From the NCBI RefSeq assembly GCF_006345805.1, contig NC_043006.1:18352001-18416000 (forward strand): DNA of 64,000 nt, read 5' to 3'. A program made the translations under genes and the position numbers. Of this stretch, positions 11,660 to 23,634 are shown piece by piece (position 1 is the first letter of the stretch; every line of letters starts with the position of its first letter). The stretch comes from Octopus sinensis. Taxonomy: Eukaryota. Below the pieces are notes generated by a model, which had not been told where the DNA came from, ran no database searches, and saw nothing but the letters and a program-made list of their open reading frames with translations.

Positions 11660-12965
11660 GAATGGGGCTACAGAAGAGAGTGATTGACTGAGAGAGAGAG
11701 AGAGAGTATGTGTGTGATAGTGTAATGCTTCTCTCCCTTTCTCTCTCTCTCTCTCTGTGTCTCACACACACACACAGTAACACACACTTTCTCTCTCTCT
11801 CTCTCTTTCCGATAACACTCACCTCTCTCTCTCTCTCTCTCTCAGTCAATCACTCACACACTCACTAAAAAAATGCAAAGAAAAATAAATTTTAAAATAA
11901 AATTTCAAAAGGCGCAGGAGTGGCTGTGTGGTAAGTAGCTTGTTTACCAGCCACATGGTTCCGGGTTCAGTCCCACTGCGTGGTACCTTGGGCAAGTGTC
12001 TTCTACTATAGCCTCGGGCCGACCAAAGCCTTGTGAGTGGATTTGGTAGACGGAAACTGAAAGAAGTCCGTCGTATATATGTATATATATATATGTATGT
12101 GTGTGTGTCTGTGTTTGTCCCCCTAGCATTGCTTGACAACCGATGCTGGTGTGTTTATGTCCCCGTCACTTAGCGGTTCGGCAAAAAGAGACCGATAGAA
12201 TAAGTACTGGGCTTACAAAGAATAAGTCCCGGGGTCGAGTTGCTCGATTAAAGGTGGTGCTCCAGCATGGCCGCAGTCAAATGACTCAAACAAGTAAAAG
12301 AGTAAAGAGTAAAAGAGTACACTATTACTCTGTCCCTCACACATACAAGCACACACGCACACATACACACACAGCATACAGTTTTAAAATTTATTTCTCC
12401 TAGCATCTTTTTTGAGTGAGTGTGTGAGTGGCTGACAGAGAGAGAGGTGTGTGTTGTTGGAAAGAGAGAGAGAGGGGAAGTGTGTGTTGCTGTGGGTGAG
12501 AGAGAGAGAGAATTAGCATATTTATTTACTTTTTTTAGTGTGTTTGACAGAGAGAGAGGGAGGCATTGCGCTGTCTCTCTCTCTCTCTCTCTCTCTCAGT
12601 CAATCACTCACTCAAAAAAAGGTGCAATGAAAAATAAATTTTAAAAATGTACACTGTCACTCTCTCCCCCCCTGACACACACACACAGCAACACACACCT
12701 TCTCTTTGCCATTGCAAGAAAGGGACTTAACTCATGTTAGCAAACTTGTAGATTTCACTGACATTCAAAATTGGTAGAAGTTATGGTTGAAAATCGATTT
12801 TTACTGCTATCTGTGGGTGTCTCAGGATAAAATAAGTTGACAAAAGAACAGCCATGGTTGTGACCAATGTTCTCCTAAAATTGGAGCAACATGCATGCTA
12901 ATTTGTGGACGTGCATAAAGTACATTCACATACACACATACACACACACATCCTTCCTTTTATAG
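11660..12965 (-). mobile_element. Non-autonomous Helitron-like element with internal inverted GA/CA minisatellite units
   Basis: 12790-12965 is homologous to the 5' end of the Helitron at 42620-42794 (TCTATAAAAGG..GGATGTGTG on the minus strand). The left boundary is uncertain. Confidence 0.55.
11911..12320 (+). mobile_element. tRNA-head SINE family A, full length
   Basis: Starts GGCGCAGGAGTGGCTGTGTGG and ends (AAAGAGT)n. Confidence 0.92.
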
Positions 12966-13419
12966 ATATAGATACATATGCATATATCATCATCATCATC
13001 ATCATCATCGTTTAACGTCCGCTTTCCATGCTAGCATGGGTTGGACGGTTCAACTGGGGTCTGGGGAGCCCGAAGGCTGCAACAGGCCAGTCAGATCTGG
13101 CAGTGTTTCTACAGCTGGATGCCCTTCCTAATGCCATACATACATATGGAAAAAAGTCAAGGTAGAAAATGCTAAAATAATTTTATAAAAAACATTTCAG
13201 TACCGGTTTCAGTCATTGAGACTTTTTTTAACTGTAAGTATGGAAAGCAATTAAATTTTGGAAAAATTGAAAGAAAAGTTTTTAAAAAGAATATTTATAT
13301 GGTATTCAAATACAAGAGGGACAAACACAGACACACAAACATACACACACATGCATATATATATATATATATATATACGACAGGCTTCTTCCAGTTACTG
13401 TCTACCAAATGCACTCACA

Positions 13420-13838
13420 CACGTGCAGTGTGACCTTTTATAAACACATTCTGCCAGTATATGAAGTTTAAAATTTTTTAGTTACCTAGAAATTATGTTA
13501 AAAACTGCTGTTCAAACCGAAAAGATCCCTTCTTTATCCCCTCATACACACTTTTACATGGTAGTGCACTGTCGCAATATTATGCTAAAAGCCTCTGATG
13601 AATTTCAGCACCTGACACCCCTTCAGACCAGAGAAATCAGATCACTGCTCTTTTTGCATTGCTCTTCTTTGGTGGAAAATTGCAAGTGGAGTGACCATGT
13701 TTACACTGTAAAACCAGAAAGAAAAATGGCGCAATCATGCTCAAACTTCAATCACGTGACTTGTATGCATGCATGCACAGAAGGCGGTGTGACAATAATA
13801 TGGCGAAAGTGCAGATAAGTTTTGACTTCCCCTTGTAT
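13420..13838 (-). mobile_element. Mariner 5' fragment
   Basis: Minus-strand TACAAGGGGAAGTCAAAAC TIR-like end and a decayed N-terminal helix-turn-helix region. Confidence 0.5.
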
Positions 13839-14169
13839 ATATAAATATATTGGAATGTCAGATAAATTTGATCTTTTTTTTCTATTTATTTTAATACTTT
13901 TTTTTCCAGTTTTAACAACTCTGTCAATAATATACTCTCCTTCATTGTTCACAACTTCTTGCCGACATTTCACTTTCTTGCTTATGACTTGATAGTAGAA
14001 ATGACTGGGTCTTGATTTAGAGTCATCGAGCCAAGTTCTCATCTCTATGTCTTTGATTAAAAAGCCTTGCAGACTACTGGACAGCAACCACAAAAGTGAT
14101 AATCTGAAGGCACTATATATACAGGGTGTCCCAAAAAAATGTATACACACCTTAAATAATTGTAAATTT

Positions 14170-14482
14170 GTTATTCTTTGTAAGCCTAGTACTTATTCTA
14201 TCAGTCGCTTTTGCCAAACCACTAAGTGACAGGGATGTATACACACCACCATCGGTTGTCAAGCGATGTTGTGGGGACAAACACAAATACATAAACACAC
14301 ACACACATATAAATACATATATACGACGGGCTTTTTTCAGTTCCCATCTACCAAATCCACCCACAAGGCTTTGGTCAACCCGAGGCTATAGTAGAAGACA
14401 CTTTCCCAAGGTTCCACGCAGTGGACTGAACCCAGAACCATGTGGTTGGTAAGCAAGCTACTTACCACACAGCCACTCCTGC
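14170..14482 (-). mobile_element. SINE family A (3'-truncated)
   Basis: Family A head and body. Confidence 0.85.
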
Positions 14483-14569
14483 GTCATGTTGATGAAGCAT
14501 TCTATATTACCAGTCATATCATTTCAACTGGTTTGCCTTGTTAAGCCAGTGCATTTGTTTAACATAAAT

Positions 14570-15068
14570 GGGCACGTAACAAACACCATCCGATTGTGGC
14601 CGTTTGCCAGCCTCATCTGGCACCTGTGTCGGTGGCACATAAAAAACACCATCCGAGCATGGCGTTCGCCAGCCTCGTCTTGCACCTGTGTCAGTGGCAC
14701 ATAAAAAACACCATCCGAGCATGGCCGTTCGCCAGCCTCGTCTGGCACCTGTGTCGGTGGCACATAAAAAACACCATCCGAGCGTGGCCGTTCGCCAGCC
14801 TTGTCTGGCGCCTGTGTCGGTGGCACATAAAAAACATCATCCAAGCGTGGCCGTTCGCCAGCCTCATCTGGCACCTGTGTTGGTGGCACATAAAATCACC
14901 CACTACACTCTCAGAGTGGTTGGCATTAGGAAGGGCATCCAGCTGTAGAAACACTGCCAGATCTGACTGGTCTGGTGCAGCCTTCGGGCTTCCCAGACCC
15001 CAGTTGAACCGTCCAACCCATGCTAGCATGGAGAACGGACGTTAAACGATGATGATGATGATGATGAT
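14570..15068 (+). mobile_element. (GAT)n-tailed retroposon with five internal ~62-63-bp tandem units
   Basis: GGCAC.TAA unit starts at 14571, 14634, 14696, 14759, 14822 and 14885. Confidence 0.88.
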
Positions 15069-15512
15069 AAAGACAGTCATTTTCCATCGCTTGTGATGAT
15101 GCGGTAAAGAAATTCCTGTTTGTGTCCACAAGTAGCCTCATGCCAAGTGAGAAACTCACAGCAATAGAAGAACATTGCAGTTTGCCTCTTTTGTTCAGTG
15201 TGTGCTGCACCCATGCATCAAGCTTTTGAATCTTACCCAGTGAGCAAAGTTGGTGGGTGACAGTATCCCATCTGCCAGACCAATTCCTTAGTGGATTGGT
15301 GCAGATCCTCATTCAATCGATGCTGATTGAACTGGACTGATTTGTCAGAACGGGGAGCATCTGTGAGGTTGAATTTCTTCTCCTTGAAGTGTGGAAACCA
15401 TCTCTATTCATTCTTTCAGTAATGACTTAAATGGCTCTGGAACCTTAGCTGAAAGTAAAGAGAGACAGGTGTTGAAAATGCTCATTTTTCTCTTTGACAT
15501 ACCACCATTATA

Positions 15513-15898
15513 TGTGGAGGTGCAATGGCCCAGTGGTTAGGGCAGCGGACTCGCGGTCGTAGGATCGCGGTTTCGATTCCCAGACCGGGTATTGTGAGTG
15601 TTTATTGAGCGAAAACACCTAAAGCCCCACGAGGCTCCGGCAGGGGATGGTGGTGATCCCTGCTGTACTCTTTCACCACAACTTTCTTTCACTCTTACTT
15701 CCTGTTTCTGTTGTACCTGTATTTCAAAGGGCCGGCCTTGTCACTCCCTGTGTCACGCTGAATATCCCCGAGAACTACGTTAAGGGTACACGTGTCTGTG
15801 GAGTGCTCAGCCACTTACACGTTAATTTCATGAGCAGGCTGTTCCGTTGATTGGATCAACCGGGACCCTCGTTGTTGTAACCGATGGTGTGCTTCCAC
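15513..15898 (+). mobile_element. tRNA-head SINE family B
   Basis: A-box TGGCCCAGTGG, B-box GGTTTCGATTCC, ~385-bp body. About 8 copies in the window. Confidence 0.9.
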
Positions 15899-16153
15899 CA
15901 TATGTCTGAAAAGTGTTAAAGTTTATTCAAAATGCAAAAATGTTTACAAAAGTTGTAGAAGAAGAATAGAGCTACAGAGAAAAAAAAAATCCATAAAACA
16001 ATATAATAAAAATATTTTTCATATTAATTTAACGTTGAAAAGAAATCAACAAATTTATGACAATCCAGTATATATATGTGTGTGTGTGTGTGTGTATTAT
16101 ATATATCATCATCATCATTTAACGTCCGTTTTCCATGCTAGCATGGGTTGAAC

Positions 16154-16184
<31 letters not shown>

Positions 16185-17187
16185 TATAAATTACATCAAG
16201 AAATGGCAGCTTACTCTCTATTTGTGTTTTGCCCGGCATCTGATTGGAATTATATTAGGAGGAAAGTGAATCAATGGAAACTTTTTTTTTGTTCTGGGAA
16301 TTTGTAAGAATATGTGGAAATAAGGAAGTGCTTGTCTTTGAGTGTCTGTCAGAAAGTATTAATCAAATTTTTTTTTGTTTGTTTGGTTTAGTATTTACTT
16401 ATATCGGGAATGATATACAGGCGTAAGTTATCATTTCGACATTCATCACTTTTATCGTTGCCAACATCCATTGATATCTATCATATTCTTTCTTTCTAAC
16501 ATTACTCCTTTCATCATTCATTGTTAATGTGCATCATTCTCTCTCGCTCTCCTGTCACTCTCTTTTGTTTCACTTTCCCCATCACCCTGCCTCCTTTAAA
16601 TCACTTTCTATTCCTTTCCTCTCGTCCAATCTCCATGTCAACAAACAGCTTCTACCTATCACTGCCTCTCTTCCATTGCTGCCACCCTCTATAACCTTCT
16701 TACCTTTATTACCTTTACTATCATGCTTCCATCGCTACCCCTCTTATCGTCCTCTTGTTTTTAGCACTGTTTCTCTTTCATTATTACCTCTCTGTAACTC
16801 TTTTGCACCTGTTTCTGTCTTCCTTCCATTGCTACTTTTTGAATCACCCTCTCTCCTTATCATTGTCTCTCTTCCATTACTGTCCCTTCTGTCACCCTCT
16901 TGCCTCTTTCACAGTTTCTCATTACTACTCCCTCTATCAAACTCTCTCTCGCTCCTATTTTTGCATTTCCCCATCATAATCTTTCTCCTGTCATCCTTTG
17001 CTCTAATGTTATCTCTTTCATCAAATTAACAAATTCTAGGTTATTAAGTATAATTGCATGTTCTTAGCTAAGAATTTCTCTTGTATCTGTCTCTTTTAGG
17101 AGACTGCATTGCTGCTACTCTTTCTGTAATGAAGTACAAACTGTATTTCATCTAAACTAAATACAAAGTAATAATAATAATAATAAT

Positions 17188-17240
<53 letters not shown>

Positions 17241-17241
<1 letters not shown>

Positions 17242-17530
17242 TCGTTCGTTTATTGGCCACAAGGGCTAACAAAAATCAATTAAAACATAAAGGGACAAAA
17301 CACAGGACGAAAGTTAAAAAGGGTTTTGTCCATTTGAAAAAGTCTGTGTACAAAAGCAGGATGACAATGAAATATAAGTAACAATTAAAACTCCCAATAG
17401 GGGGAGGCGCTTCGAAAGGTTACTCGTGGAAAAACCCATAAAAGCCACGGGAGCCTGGTCAAAAGTGGGGTAGAGAGCCCCTTTCTCCTTTTATATTTCC
17501 TTTTAATTCTCACAGGTGTATCCTCAGAAT
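17241..17530 (-). mobile_element. Probable LINE (Tx1-like) 3' end inserted in (AAT)n
   Basis: Minus strand has an ORF end (ILRIHL*), a 3' UTR, AATAAA and a short (CGAA)n tail, with (AAT)n on both sides. Confidence 0.5.
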
Positions 17531-17552
17531 AACAGTAATAATAATAATAATA

Positions 17553-17587
<35 letters not shown>

Positions 17588-17604
17588 GTAATAATAATAA
17601 TAAT

Positions 17605-19937
17605 CATACCACTTTTTTGCTCTGTCAAGTCCATACTTGTTGCAAAGTGTCCAATAGACAATTCTTGCTATATTGTCATGACGTCTCTTATATTCTTTCT
17701 GGGCTACTGGCATACATTGACTGGTAATATACCATACGGTCTCACCATTTTGTCCACAAATTCTGCACTTATCACTTTCTGATGTGTTGCCTATTCTATA
17801 TTTGATGTAATTTGTTCTTAATGCTTTGCTCTTGGGCAGCACAGATTAGAGCCTCTGTTTCTGGTTTTAAATCACTTTTAATCATCCTTAGCCATCGTTT
17901 TTCTCTGTCTGTCTTATCTTCAACATCAGTATGAAATTGTCCATGCATTCTTTTCTTTATCCATCTATTTTCAGTTTCATTCATTCTCAAGTCCTTGTAC
18001 AGTGCTTTATCTTTGCAATCTTTCATCCTACACAAGCCTGACCGCCTTACTTCCAATAATAGTGATTCTGTGGCATTTTTTACATACCACGCTATATTGT
18101 TTTCTTCTGCTCTAATGCTGTGTTCACATCCAGTCAGTCCTCTTCTTCCTCTTTTTCTTGGTACATACAGTCTGTCTGTGTCAGATTTTGGGTGGAGTAC
18201 TCCATATCCGGTCAACAGCTTCCTTGTCTTTCTGTCTAAGCTGTTTAGTTCATCTAGTGTCCATGTGATTACCCCTGCCCCATATCTAAGGAGTGAAACC
18301 ACCCAGGTGTTGATAGCTTCAGTCTTATTCGCCCGCTTAATTTCAACTTAAGGATGAGTCCAAGTCTGCGCAAGTACTCCACCTTAAATTTTTCTGTTAT
18401 TTCTTTCCTCATCAATTTATCTATTCCCTATATCCCCAAGTACTTATAGCCTGTCTCGTCAATCTGCTTCATGACCTTCCCCGACGGTATCACTATCACG
18501 TCGATACATTTGATTTTGCCTCTCTTCAAGACTAACACACCACACTTTTTCAGTCCAAACTCCATACTGATATCAGCACTGAAAGTATACACCGTATCAA
18601 CCAGGGAACTGACTTGGGATTCATCTTTACCATAAAGTTTGTGGTCATCTATGAACAACAAATGGTTGACTTTTTGTTGGTGGCTCTTGAATACATATCC
18701 AGCCTTTGCTTTCTTCAGAATCAATGTTAGTGGTATCATTCATAGTACAAAGATAAGTGGGGATAGGCAGTCCTCTTGAAAAATACCTCTCCTGATTTCT
18801 ATTGTCCCTAAACTTCTTTCATATGCTGTCAGTTCCATCCTGCACTTCACCATACTTATTCCAAGCAATCACTCGTACCTTCCATAATCCAAGAATGTGA
18901 GATCATATTGTATGCCTTACAATAATCAATCCATAACATGACTAAATTTGTTTTCCTCCTCTTCCAGTCTCTAAGTACAGTTTTGTCTACCAGGAGTTGA
19001 TCCTTGGTACCTCTGCACTAATGCTTGCAACCCTTCTGCTCATGTGGTAGGACTCCATTTTTTTCCAGATGTTCATACACTGACTGTGACTATTCCACTC
19101 AATAATTTCCACATAAGTGGCAAACAGGATATCGGCCTGTAATTGTCTACCGTATTGCTTTTTTCGAGTTTTTCAAGCACAGTACTGTCCTACCCAATTT
19201 CAACCACTCTGGTATTACTTGGTCGGTATTTAATAAGGTGGCGAGCTGGCAGAAACGTTAGCATGCTGAGCGAAATGGTTAGCGGTATTTCATCTGCCGA
19301 TACGTTGTGAGTTCAAATTCCGCCGAGGTTGACTTTGCCTTTCATCCTTTCGGGGTCGATAAATTAAGTACCAGTTACACACTGGGGTCGATGTAATCGA
19401 CTTAATACCTATGTCTGTCCTTGTTTGTCCCCTCTGTGTTTAGTCCCTTGTGGGTAATAAAGTAATAGGTATTTAATAAGGTGCTGAGTTTTGGAGGTAT
19501 TCATACATGACATTCACCAAATCTTTTGATCCAGTAGCCTTGAATTCCATCTTGTCCCAGGGCCTTCCAGTTGCCCATTTGTTTGCTGCTTTCTTTTACT
19601 TCCCTACTGAAATGACTCGTTCTGCCTATTTTGGACAGACTACTGTTTGTTTCAGTTCTTGCAACCATTCATCATCCTTCTGTGCTCCTTGTCTTTACTC
19701 CAGATGTCACTCCAAAACCTTTGACTTTCAATGTTATCTGGTATCAACTTTTCATCTGCTCACTCTCCATTTACTTCTTTGTAGAATCTCTTCTGATCTA
19801 CTCTGAATAACCTATTCTGCTGGTATCCTTTCATTCTTTGGTTGTATCTTACCATCTTTGATTTCTTTACAATGAAGCACTGTTTCAGTTCCTCCATTAC
19901 CACTTTCAGGCCCTTTCTTTCAATAGCATACTCCCTG
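17605..19937 (-). mobile_element. R4/Dong-clade LINE, inverted 5' segment (RT and CCHC finger)
   Basis: HLLFIDDHKLY (RT), FGLKKC, YKYLG, ETEALICAAQEQ and CRICGQNGETVWYITSQC...YKRRHDN, all typical of RLE-type R4/Dong ORFs. Decayed. Confidence 0.85.
19241..19467 (+). mobile_element. SINE family C with 16-bp TSD, nested in the Dong LINE
   Basis: TSD GGTATTTAATAAGGTG at 19225-19240 and 19468-19483. Confidence 0.9.
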
Positions 19938-20360
19938 TTTTATGATTCAGTGCAACCATGAAATAGAGAATAGGAAACCAGACATAGTGTTAATTGAGAA
20001 GGAATGCAAATGATGCTGGATCATAGATATAGCTTGCCCAGTTGACAACAAGGTATGCGATAAGGAAGAAAGAAAAGTTGATAGATATAAAAGGTTAGCT
20101 TGAGAGGTTAAGTAATTGTGGTTGCTGAAAAAGGTGGTAGTAGTACGAATAATTGTTGGAACCCTGGGAATAGTGAGTAAAAATCTTGAGAAGTACATGG
20201 AACAAATAGGGGCTGCAATAAGGGTGGAGCACTTGCAGAAAACAGCACTGTATGGAACCACTCAAATACTCCAGATGGTGCTCGTAAAATAAGGGGTGTT
20301 CATTGGCAATGATCAGCTGACACTGTATTACATCTCCAGCATTAGAAACTGTGCAAAGAC
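19938..20360 (+). mobile_element. R4/Dong-clade LINE, 3' segment (RLE nuclease and 3' UTR) ending in (AAT)n
   Basis: FMIQCNHEIENRKPDIVLIEK...IIDIACP...KEERKVDRY...LQKTALYGT, a PD-(D/E)xK restriction-like endonuclease, followed by (AAT)n at 20361-20450. Confidence 0.85.
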
Positions 20361-20390
20361 AATAAAATAATAATAATAACAATCATAATG

Positions 20391-20427
<37 letters not shown>

Positions 20428-20972
20428 TAATAATAATAATAATAATAATAAGTGTTTTTCTCAGCTTCTCTGCCCTAGGCGTACAGAAAACGCTCGGCGA
20501 GAAATAGAAGAAAATTTGAAGAAAGAAGGAAAACCAAAAAAAATAATAATAATATTGTTCATCCGTTGTTGTTGATGACCAAGGACATCACATGAGAGAA
20601 GATGGATGCAACTGGCTGTGGCCAATCAGGCCAATGTGTGCCTATAAGTTTCTGCCACAGGTTAGGCACTAGTGGTCTGCTGGGAATAAAGGCAACGGGT
20701 CTGTTATCATCACCACCACTACCATCATCAACATCATCATCGTCATCATCATGGTACTTTGCAAAAGGATGTCATAGAAGTGGTCCATATACTTGTCTGT
20801 GAGTCCTTGACAGTGGCAATACATGCAAAGAACAGTGTTGCGGTCATGTTGCTTGTGACTTGTGTAGTAGTATGCTGTTTAGTGTGTTTGGTATAGAGTT
20901 AATTCTTGTCATTAACAATTAAATGCTGTCATTTCTATGAACAACGAAGGAAAGATGTTTACAATTTTAAGA

Positions 20973-21209
20973 TTCTTTATTCTTTTATTCTTTTACTTGT
21001 TTCAGTCATTTGACTGTGGCCATGCTGGAGCACCGCCTTTAGTCGAGCAAATCGACCCCAGGACTTATTCTTTGTAAGCCTAGTACTTATTCTATTGGTC
21101 TCTCTTGCCGAACTGCTAAGTGACGGGGATGTAAGCACCACCATTGGTTATCAAGCGATGTTGAGGGGACAAACACAGATACACAAACATATACATACAC
21201 ACACACACG

Positions 21210-21244
<35 letters not shown>

Positions 21245-21403
21245 GACAGGCTTCTTTCAGTTTCTGTCTACCAAATCTACTCAAGGCTTTGGTCAGCCTG
21301 AGGCTATAGTAGAAGACACTTGCCCAAGGTGCCATTAGTGAGATTGAACCCAGAACTATGTGGTTGGTAAGCAAGCTACTTACCACACAGCCACTCCTGC
21401 GCC
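20973..21403 (-). mobile_element. SINE family A
   Basis: Full-length family A sequence. Confidence 0.9.
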
Positions 21404-21602
21404 TATGGATTTGGTATAACAGTAGCTGCTGTCATGTCTTTCTTTGAATTAGCTGGTTCGGATGTATTGCAGTCACCACAACCACCAGCATTGTCATCAT
21501 CCCTGTCATCGTTGACCACTGCCTTGGTGCCACAGCCACCACTCTGGTTTGCTTTCTGGTTCTCTGCTGCTTTTTGCTATCTGCTGGTTAGTAGCTAAAA
21601 TG

Positions 21603-21989
21603 TGGAGGCGCAATGGCCCAGTGGTTAGGGCAGCGGACTCGCGGTCATAGGATCGCGGTTTCGATTCCCAGACCGGGCGTTGTGAGTGTTTATTGAGCGT
21701 AAACACCTAAAGCTCCATGAGTCTCCAGCAGGGGATGGTGGTGAACCCTGCTGTACTCTTTCACCACAACTTTCTCTCACTCTTACTTCCTGTTTCTGTT
21801 GTACCTGTATTTCAAAGGGCCGGCCTTGTCACTCTCTGTGTCACGCTGAATCTCCCCCGAGAACTACGTTAAGGGTACACGTGTCTGTGGAGTGCTCAGC
21901 CACTTACACGTTAATTTCACGAGCAGGCTGTTCCTTTGATTCGGATCAATCGGAACCCTCGTTGTCGTAACCGACGGAGTGCTTCCATC
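21603..21989 (+). mobile_element. SINE family B with 13-bp TSD
   Basis: TSD AGTAGCTAAAATG at 21590-21602 and 21990-22002. Confidence 0.92.
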
Positions 21990-22369
21990 AGTAGCTAAAA
22001 TGCTCTAAATATACAACCAATGTTCTTCTTAGAAAATATACACCAAAGATTTAATCCTGTTTCACCAGATGTTTAAGTGGTTGGTGTTTGATGATGTCAG
22101 CAATATTTGAACAAATTACGTTTCAGTTACTTAGTTTTTTTGTTTTTGTTTTGCATTGGATACAGTGATCCGAGTTTGATTTCTAAATTTTTCTGTGACT
22201 GTCAGATATTTCTGCTACACCAGTCTTAATTTTAATTATTCTGTCACATACTATGATTATCACAATTATATTATCTGTCCATTTCTGTGCCTGCAATATA
22301 ACCAACTTTGCTAATATGTGTGTAGTTCATAGACACCAGTTTAATAAAGTAAAAACATAAAAACCTAAT

Positions 22370-22845
22370 CATCACCACCACCACCACCACCAATATCATC
22401 ATCAGTGTTGTGATGATGATCATCATCATTGTTATGAGGCACATAAAACCTGCATCATCAGTATGGTTACTAGCATCTTTTCCATCATCATCATCACCAT
22501 TATCATCACCACCACTACCATTATCAACATTATCATCGTCATCATCATCACAAATCACCACTACCACCACGACCACGTCATCATTTGCATTATATCATCA
22601 TCATCATTGTCATCGTCATCATCGTCATCATCATCGTCATCGTCATCGTCATCGTCATCATCATCGTCGTCATCGTCATCATCGTCGTCATCGTCATCGT
22701 CGTCGTCATCGTCATCGTCATCGTCATCATCATCATCGTCATCATCACCATCATCATCATAACATCATCATCATCATTACCATCCTCATCACAATCCCCA
22801 CAAACCACTGACACCATCATCATCAATATCATAACCATCATCAAC
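22370..22845. repeat. (CAT/CGT/CAC)n compound microsatellite
   Basis: Direct inspection. Confidence 0.95.
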
Positions 22846-23401
22846 ATACAGCTGGACAAGGTTTCGAACTCTCATTCAATTTTGAGGCCAGTAGTGGTCA
22901 CCTGATTTAGCCACCATCTTCAGTTATTGTCTGCAACATAAAAAAGAAAACAAACTAAAAATATAAAAGACAAAAGAAAAAAAAACCCAAGAAAAATGCA
23001 AGTGTCTTTAGTGATTCCTTCAGTTAATTGGTTAAACAATAATATGTTCATTCTTCCATTCAGGCTTTCTTCAATATTTCTTCAGAATTTTACAATGTTT
23101 CATTCTTTAATTTTGGTATTTAATATTTTTTTTCTTTTCCACTGAACAACCATTAACATCAAAGGAATTCGCCAAACATAAGATAAAATCTTTTTGAGGA
23201 CATCGAATGTTTCTGTAGGATGGCAGACTGTTGTCATCACCAACGCCACCGCATCTTTTTCTCCTCCTCCTCCTCCATCCCCTGCTCTCATCATTGTCAT
23301 CCTTGTGTTCCTACGCTTGTGTCTGTAAGAGGTTACTTTTCTTGTGATGCACTCGGCAGACGAGAAGTACATTTGAGAGCTATAATATATATATATATAT
23401 A

Positions 23402-23634
23402 TGGAGGCGCAATGGCCTAGTGGTTAGGGCAGCAGACTTGCGGTCGGAGGATCGCGGTTTCGATTCCCAGACCGGGCGTTGTGTGTGTTTATTGAGCGAA
23501 AAAAACACCTAAAAGCTCCACGAGGCTCCGGCAGGAGGTGGTGATCCCTGCTGTACTCTTTCACCACTCTAAAGGCGGTGCTCCAGCATGGCCACAGTCA
23601 AATGACTGAAACAAGTACAAGAAAAAAAAAAAAA
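23402..23634 (+). mobile_element. Chimeric SINE: family B head with family A 3' tail
   Basis: Family B sequence to ~23570, then AAGGCGGTGCTCCAGCATGGCCACAGTCAAATGACTGAAACAAGTA of family A and an A-tract. Confidence 0.8.

Larger units (their letters stand above)
13845..16070 (-). mobile_element. Decayed mariner element interrupted by three retroposons
   Basis: Similar TA-flanked ends (TATTGGAATGTCAGATAAATTT / TACTGGATTGTCATAAATTT). Motifs KLDAWVQHTL (WVPHEL-like), FLYRIITSDGK and EVVNNEGEYIID. Confidence 0.72.

Noticed and set aside
15513-15595. tRNA gene calls at SINE B and SINE A heads
   Set aside because: A/B boxes are present but there is no complete cloverleaf or acceptor stem, and each head is followed by the same SINE body, often with TSDs.
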